Assembly: GCA_031425655.1 (NCBI GenBank)
Contig: JANPJS010000078.1
Span: 1-31,813, forward strand
DNA from: Abditibacteriaceae bacterium
Lineage (GTDB): Bacteria; Armatimonadota; Abditibacteriia; Abditibacteriales; Abditibacteriaceae
DNA length: 31,813 bases
Direction of reading: 5' to 3'
Positions 26,547-31,813 of the stretch are shown here, piece by piece (within the stretch, counting starts at the first letter, position 1; every line of letters begins with the position of its first letter). A program made the position numbers and the translations under genes. Under the pieces are notes generated by a model. The model was given only the letters and a program-made list of their open reading frames with translations. It had not been told where the DNA came from and did no database searches.

Positions 26547-29528
26547 TTACCACGGACGCTCGCCGGTGGCGGTCACGATTTCTTCCGGCACGGGACGCGG
26601 TGAGAGTTTAATTGGAGTGCCCGACGGACGCGAAATCGCGTTGATGCCTCTGGTCATAAGGTCTTCGATGCTTCCCGCGAAGGGATGCAAACGCAGAGCG
26701 CGCACGAGGGTTTTTTCCAAACCCTCGGCCAGCACCGCCGTTTCCGCCGAAGGCTTCCACTGCATCTGATCGAGCAACGCCCATTCGGGTGCGGCTAAAG
26801 CGCGGCCCTGAGTGCGAATGCTTTGCGCTTCGGCCACCGTCCCGTAAAGGTTCAGCGTTCCCGGCGGCAGCACCAAACCGTTGCCGACAACTTCGATGCT
26901 GAGGCCCGGCGATGCCGCCGCGTTTGTCCGCGATTTGCCGGACGCCGCCGCAGGACGCAGGCGCAACGGCACATAAACCAGCGATTTATCCTCGATAATG
27001 AGCGCCACCGCGCGCCCTTTGAGATCACGAACCACGCCGGTGACTTTGCCGCGCACCATCAGGCCTTTTTTAGCGTTCACCTTCGCCAAATGGGCCAGCA
27101 ACTCTTTGTTATTGGCTAAGGCCTTCACGAGTTGGTTGGCAACCGGATGTTCAAATCCGCGACCGACCAAATTCCAGGTGCGCCCTTTTGAAGCTCCGGT
27201 CGTCGCGCGCGGCTGCAACCACGCTTCAATGCGCGTTCCGACGGGCACTTCTTTGGTTAATTCAGCCGCCATGACCGGCGGGAAGTAAATCACTTCCTGG
27301 GAGCCGGGCGTTTGCACTTGCATCGCCGTTACCAAGCCGGTTTCATCGGCGTAATAGCGCTCGACGGTGCCCGAAACCGGAATTGGCAGCGCCGAAGTGG
27401 GCGGCGCAGCGATAATGGGCGAGGCCCACGCAGAGGGAACCAACGGAGCCGCCTGCATCGGCGTTGGATTCTTCTTCAGATCATCCAAAATGCCCTTACC
27501 CTGCTTCATCCAATCGGACAGCGGCACGCGCTTGTCGGAAGACGAAGGCGCAACCGGAGGGGCGCCCGGCAATCCGTTTGGATATTGGAGCTTGATCGTG
27601 ATTTGGTCTACCATTTCCCTGAGAGTCGGCTGGGCTGGTCGAACGGCCCGTTTGGGCCTCGGAGTCGGCACGCGGCGCGGCTTGGGTTTGGGCTTGGCCT
27701 TCGGCGTTGGCGCGAGGCGGGGCGCAGGCTTAGGCGTCGGCGCGACACGGGGTGTGGGCATCGGCGTGGCCGTCGGAGCGGGCGCGATAGGTGGTATCGG
27801 CGTCGGAGTCGGCATCAAACGCGGTGGCGCAGCCGGTGTTGGCGTCGGGGTTGGTGCAGTCGGCGGCGTTACTACCGGCACAATCGGAGGAGAAACGGCC
27901 AGTGCCGCGCCGCGCCGCACTTCGACAACCGTGGATTCGGTAGCCAGCACCTTGAAGGCTTCATCGTAAACGCGAACCATAATTCGCTGTTGTCCAGTGG
28001 CGAATTGCTGTGGATCAACGGTCACGCGATGCGCCCCGTAACTGCGTCCCGAATATATCTTTTTGCCGCCGATTTCCACAGTCACGAAGGGCCGCGAAAC
28101 GTAGGATTTTACCCATAAGCTCATCGCAACAGGTTGATCCCAGACTTGACCGACTTTGATCGGAAAGGGCATGGGCCTGCGCGCATCGGACACTTCGCCC
28201 AGCGATTTGATGAAATACGGCTCCGAAGTAGCCGCGCGGTAAGTGTCTAAAAAATTCTGCTTCGCGGTCAGGTTGTAGTTGTTGAGCTGGCGTCCCGGCG
28301 CGGCGTGCTGAATCGCGTTCATGTTGAACCAGTTCACCATTTTGACGCGCGGATAAAGGCGCGGCAAAGCGTCGTAGAACAAGGCCATTTTCTCCATAGC
28401 GAAGGCGTCAACTTCGCGCGGCTGGCCCTGCAACCGGGTTTCGCGGCTGGCTCCCCACTCGCCAATCGCAATCGGCTTGCGACTCGAATAAAGCTTGTAA
28501 ACCGGATCAATCAAGGTCGTGGGCGCATCACTTGTCGCAGGGCGCGACAGATCGTTGTTGTAAAACGGCACGCAATAAAGATTGACGCCGACCCAATCGC
28601 AGCCGTCGTCGCCCGGATAATAGGCCGGCATCGTGCTGACCGGCACGCTGTTGGGGCACCAAATTGTCGCCACTTTGGGCGCATAGCGGCGCAGCGTTTT
28701 ATGCACCAAACGGAATTTTGCTTTATACGTCTCCGGGTCGGACGACCAACTCGTCCATTTGCCGTTCATTTCCGAAGCGAAACGCACGAAAATCGGCCAA
28801 TCAAGTTGGCCCAGCGCTTTGGCGAAGTTGTGCAAATAGGCGTCGTCCTGCACTTCGTTGAAATCGTGCGGCTCCAACGCGATTTGAGGAATAATCCCGT
28901 CCTCTTTGCACTGCTGAAGCCATTTTAGCGGCACGACTTGCTCTTTTTTCACGCCGTTAAGAACGTAAGAGCGGTAAGCCAGATACATGAAATACGAAGA
29001 ATGGGCGCGGCGCGTTACCTTGTGAAACTCGCGCGGATAACGATGCGTTTGCCAGTTTTCATCGAAATAGGTGTCCTTGAGAACGTCATCGCGGTCAATG
29101 AAGGCGCCGACGTAGCATCCCGTGGCCGGCTCCAGCCGCGCGTTGGTATTGAGGCGATTGCGTTCCTCTATGGTCGCGGGCCGATCCATAAACAAACGCA
29201 CGTCCGTCGCGTAACGCTTGGCTTGCTGCTCGCTGGCGACCGCCGCGCCGAGGTCAGGCTTATTCCCGTCCCGATGCAGAGCCGCTTCGCGCGAATAAGC
29301 ATCCGAGGCCTGCGCATACAAGCCCAATTTCTCGTAGCGTTGAGCTAAGGCGCGCCGCAAAGCCCGCGATTTAGGACTGCGCTCAATCTGGCGCGACAGC
29401 GATTGCACCTCAGCATCCTGCGACGAGGCTGCCGCCGGACGACTTTGCGCCGCGCCGCGCTGCGAAGCCACGAGACCAATCGTCAACGCTGCGGCGGATA
29501 AACCAACGCTTAATACGGATTTATTCAT
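26547..29528 (-). CDS. Secreted multidomain glycoside hydrolase family 26 protein (TPR-like, GH26, Ig-like, Pro-rich linker, unknown C-terminal domain)
   Basis: 'VRFASEMNGKW' (acid/base), 'WCPN', 'YYPGDDGCDWVGVNLY', 'KPIAIGEWG' (nucleophile). Confidence 0.85.
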   Translation of the reverse strand: MNKSVLSVGLSAAALTIGLVASQRGAAQSRPAAASSQDAEVQSLSRQIERSPKSRALRRALAQRYEKLGLYAQASDAYSREAALHRDGNKPDLGAAVASEQQAKRYATDVRLFMDRPATIEERNRLNTNARLEPATGCYVGAFIDRDDVLKDTYFDENWQTHRYPREFHKVTRRAHSSYFMYLAYRSYVLNGVKKEQVVPLKWLQQCKEDGIIPQIALEPHDFNEVQDDAYLHNFAKALGQLDWPIFVRFASEMNGKWTSWSSDPETYKAKFRLVHKTLRRYAPKVATIWCPNSVPVSTMPAYYPGDDGCDWVGVNLYCVPFYNNDLSRPATSDAPTTLIDPVYKLYSSRKPIAIGEWGASRETRLQGQPREVDAFAMEKMALFYDALPRLYPRVKMVNWFNMNAIQHAAPGRQLNNYNLTAKQNFLDTYRAATSEPYFIKSLGEVSDARRPMPFPIKVGQVWDQPVAMSLWVKSYVSRPFVTVEIGGKKIYSGRSYGAHRVTVDPQQFATGQQRIMVRVYDEAFKVLATESTVVEVRRGAALAVSPPIVPVVTPPTAPTPTPTPAAPPRLMPTPTPIPPIAPAPTATPMPTPRVAPTPKPAPRLAPTPKAKPKPKPRRVPTPRPKRAVRPAQPTLREMVDQITIKLQYPNGLPGAPPVAPSSSDKRVPLSDWMKQGKGILDDLKKNPTPMQAAPLVPSAWASPIIAAPPTSALPIPVSGTVERYYADETGLVTAMQVQTPGSQEVIYFPPVMAAELTKEVPVGTRIEAWLQPRATTGASKGRTWNLVGRGFEHPVANQLVKALANNKELLAHLAKVNAKKGLMVRGKVTGVVRDLKGRAVALIIEDKSLVYVPLRLRPAAASGKSRTNAAASPGLSIEVVGNGLVLPPGTLNLYGTVAEAQSIRTQGRALAAPEWALLDQMQWKPSAETAVLAEGLEKTLVRALRLHPFAGSIEDLMTRGINAISRPSGTPIKLSPRPVPEEIVTATGERPW

Positions 29529-29554
29529 GAGCTACACCGAATAACTTTCCGACC

Positions 29555-29624
29555 ACCCCATCCCCGGCCCTTCCCTCCTGCCCAGAGGGCACCCGACGGC
29601 AAAGGGAAGGGCCGGGGATGGGGT
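29555..29624. repeat. REP-like long palindrome, possibly also a terminator or mRNA stabiliser
   Basis: Perfect 22-bp arms ACCCCATCCCCGGCCCTTCCCT / AGGGAAGGGCCGGGGATGGGGT with a 26-nt loop. Confidence 0.8.
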
Positions 29625-29632
29625 AAGGAACC

Positions 29633-31639
29633 TCAACCACGCGCCAGCAAGCGGCGGATGCCCTCGTCGCGCGCGAAATCGCGCGCCGTCAAGCCGTCTT
29701 TCGAGGTCAGTGAGGCATTCGCGCCGTGTGACAGCAGCAATTTCACCATGGCCGCCTCGCCACGCGCACTGGCGCGCATCAGCGCCGAGTAACCGTTCTT
29801 ATTCGTGCGCGCATTGACAAACTTCGCATCGTCATTTGCTGAAAGCAACACGCGCATCGTCTCCACATCGCCTTTCATGGCGCAGGCGATGAGCGGTGTA
29901 ATGCCTTCTTTGTCGCCCAATTGCGGGCGGGCGCGATGATCCAACAACACATTAACCAATTCCGGTTGCCGTGAAATGGCAGCCTGTATCAAGGCCGTTT
30001 CGCCATCTTGCTTGGAAGCGTTGGCGTCCGCTCCTTGTCGGAGCAGAGCGCGCACTTGCGGGAGATCGCGGCGGCCAATGCTTTCCAACAGGCGTCGGTT
30101 AAGCGAAGCCACATCAGGCGGCGGAGCGGTTGGTTCTGAAGACGGTTGAATTGCCGTTGCGCCGGGGCTAACGGCAGTTGTTTGAGGCGCTGCGGGCGAG
30201 CCGCTTTGGTTTCGTGGCCGCAAACCCACAATAGCGCCGATGACCAAAACAGCGCCAAGAGCGAGCGCGCCGATTAGAGCGGGCTTGCCCGTCGAAACGG
30301 GCCTGACTGTCGCAGCGTGCTTGGCCGGCGCAGCAGATTTGGCAACGGCAGCAGGTTTGGCTGTCGGCGTGTGACGTCGCTCTTCGGCGACCGGCTTGCC
30401 TGCCGCGCGGCGGCGCTCGGCGGCAGAGGCCACGATGATTTTCACATTCACGTCGCCGGCCTCGCCGCCGTATTGCCCCAAACTGCCCTTGCCTACATCG
30501 GCCAGCACTTGCCCGCGTTTGGTGCGAGGGGGAATTGTTATCACGCCTTGCTGCCCGTCTTGAGACACATACGCTTTATGGCAGCCGATGCGCGCTTCCT
30601 CTTCGGTGATTTCCACTTCGGCCCAATCGTCGGCGCCGCGCTCCGGTTTATTCTCGGCTTCTTTCCACCATTCGCGCACATTCTGCGGGCGTGTCGCTCC
30701 ATCCAGGCGCAAGGCGTGTTCGATCAGACTGCGCCACGGCTCGTTGACTCCCGGCGGCGACCATGTTTTTTCGTCGCGCATGAGCCGGGTTATCGCATCC
30801 GGCGGCAGCGTGCCGGTCAACATTTCGTGCAGCGTCATGCCCAACTCGAAAATGTCCGACCCCGGCCCGATCCGCAAAGTAATGTCCTCGGCCCCATCAA
30901 CATCTTGAAACTCGGCGCTGCGACTGGCGCCTTCGACTTCAGGCGGCGCATAAGCGACCGTGCAAGCCTGACTCTTCTTGGTCGAACCCACTTCCTGACG
31001 CGCGGCGCCAAAGTCAATCAGCACCACGCGCCCGTCGCTGCCGATCATAATATTTTCCGGTTTGATGTCTAAATGCCACGTTTTCTGGTCATGCACAACC
31101 GCCAAAGCGTTGACGACCGAGACCATTATTTCGCGCACGCGCGCTTCGGGAAGCGGGCCTTGCGCCTTGCCGGGCGGGGCCGCCGCCTGCAATTCGGCGC
31201 TCAGCGTGCGGCCTTCCAGATATTCCATCACCAGATACGAAGTGCCGTGTTCGCTGAAAAGGTCATGCACGCTGACTACGTTCGGGTGGCGCAGTTTCTT
31301 GAGCGTTTGACCTTCGCGCCGAAAACGCTCTAAGCCGCGCTGAAAGCCTTGCTGCTGGCGCGTGCCGATGAACAAGCCGCCGCTCGTGGTATCGCGCGAA
31401 ACGTGTTCGCGCGGATAAAACTCCTTGATGGCGACGGCTTCGTCAAACTCGACGTGTGTCGCCAAATAAGTGATGCCAAAGCCGCCCTGCCCCAGTGGAT
31501 GCTCGATGCGATAGCGTCCGCCCAGCAAAATGCCCGTCGGCAACATATCGCGGAGCAAAGTTGACAAAACGACGCCGCATGAAGGACAAACGATTTCGGC
31601 CCGGCCAATGTCGTCGGTGTGGCAATTTAAACAACGCAT
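29633..31639 (-). CDS. Hanks-type Ser/Thr protein kinase with zinc ribbon, DnaJ C-terminal-like domain, TM helix and ankyrin repeats
   Basis: CxxC..CxxC; LGQGGFGITY, VAIKE, HLDIKPEN, DFG, YAPPE; TM 'ALIGALALGAVLVIGAIVGL'; GETALI/GITPLI/GYSALM ankyrin repeats. Confidence 0.93.
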   Translation of the reverse strand: MRCLNCHTDDIGRAEIVCPSCGVVLSTLLRDMLPTGILLGGRYRIEHPLGQGGFGITYLATHVEFDEAVAIKEFYPREHVSRDTTSGGLFIGTRQQQGFQRGLERFRREGQTLKKLRHPNVVSVHDLFSEHGTSYLVMEYLEGRTLSAELQAAAPPGKAQGPLPEARVREIMVSVVNALAVVHDQKTWHLDIKPENIMIGSDGRVVLIDFGAARQEVGSTKKSQACTVAYAPPEVEGASRSAEFQDVDGAEDITLRIGPGSDIFELGMTLHEMLTGTLPPDAITRLMRDEKTWSPPGVNEPWRSLIEHALRLDGATRPQNVREWWKEAENKPERGADDWAEVEITEEEARIGCHKAYVSQDGQQGVITIPPRTKRGQVLADVGKGSLGQYGGEAGDVNVKIIVASAAERRRAAGKPVAEERRHTPTAKPAAVAKSAAPAKHAATVRPVSTGKPALIGALALGAVLVIGAIVGLRPRNQSGSPAAPQTTAVSPGATAIQPSSEPTAPPPDVASLNRRLLESIGRRDLPQVRALLRQGADANASKQDGETALIQAAISRQPELVNVLLDHRARPQLGDKEGITPLIACAMKGDVETMRVLLSANDDAKFVNARTNKNGYSALMRASARGEAAMVKLLLSHGANASLTSKDGLTARDFARDEGIRRLLARG

Positions 31640-31754
31640 GATGGTGTAATTTAAACGAAACGGACGCCTGTCGTTAGAAAGTCAAGTGTAGCGCTCGCAT
31701 TCATATTTTGCTTCCCATGTGCGTAATTAACTCGACTTACTACCTACTGGCCCA

Positions 31755-31813
31755 GCGACTAAAATCGCGGCTGAAAGGCGGCTTTGCCGCCAGCAGTCCG
31801 CCTGCGCGGACTG
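31755..31813. repeat. REP-like cluster of short hairpins (runs to the window edge)
   Basis: GCGA-ctaaaa-TCGC, GGCGGC-ttt-GCCGCC, CAGTCCGC-ctgc-GCGGACTG. Confidence 0.55.

Noticed and set aside
27312..28118. Gly/Val-rich and Arg-rich plus-strand ORFs (200-268 aa)
   Set aside because: Antisense of the Pro/Thr-rich linker of the GH26 gene; typical high-GC shadow ORFs, like those opposite uvrB, the M23 gene and the kinase.

Overview
Bacterial chromosomal window, roughly 60% GC by eye. The gene content (paired DUF1559/H-X9-DG prepilin-like genes, stalk-domain proteins, secreted WD40, PA14 and NPCBM proteins) suggests Abditibacteriota/Armatimonadota; this is an inference. It holds about 27 CDSs, mostly on the minus strand. 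Housekeeping and envelope genes include an M23 peptidase, VKOR, MscS, two LmeA/DUF2993 proteins, uvrB, the Nif3 plus zinc-ribbon pair and DUF1499. There is a GNAT toxin with an unusually short DUF1778-type antitoxin, and many secreted accessory proteins. The strongest candidate for an undescribed system is a lower-GC, tightly coupled plus-strand operon at 19469-24114: a ~1060-aa putative lipoprotein, a divergent caspase/CHAT-like His-Cys protein, and a small 2-TM protein. This resembles a sensor-protease-membrane effector (cell death or conflict) module. Other notable items are a 131-bp MITE with a 9-bp target duplication, three VirB10/TrbI-like domains with no T4SS genes nearby, a Ser/Thr kinase with an internal DnaJ C-terminal-like domain and ankyrin repeats, a low-GC NPCBM domain inside a high-GC gene, and several palindromic or heptamer repeats. 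All family calls come from motif recognition by eye; no searches were run.
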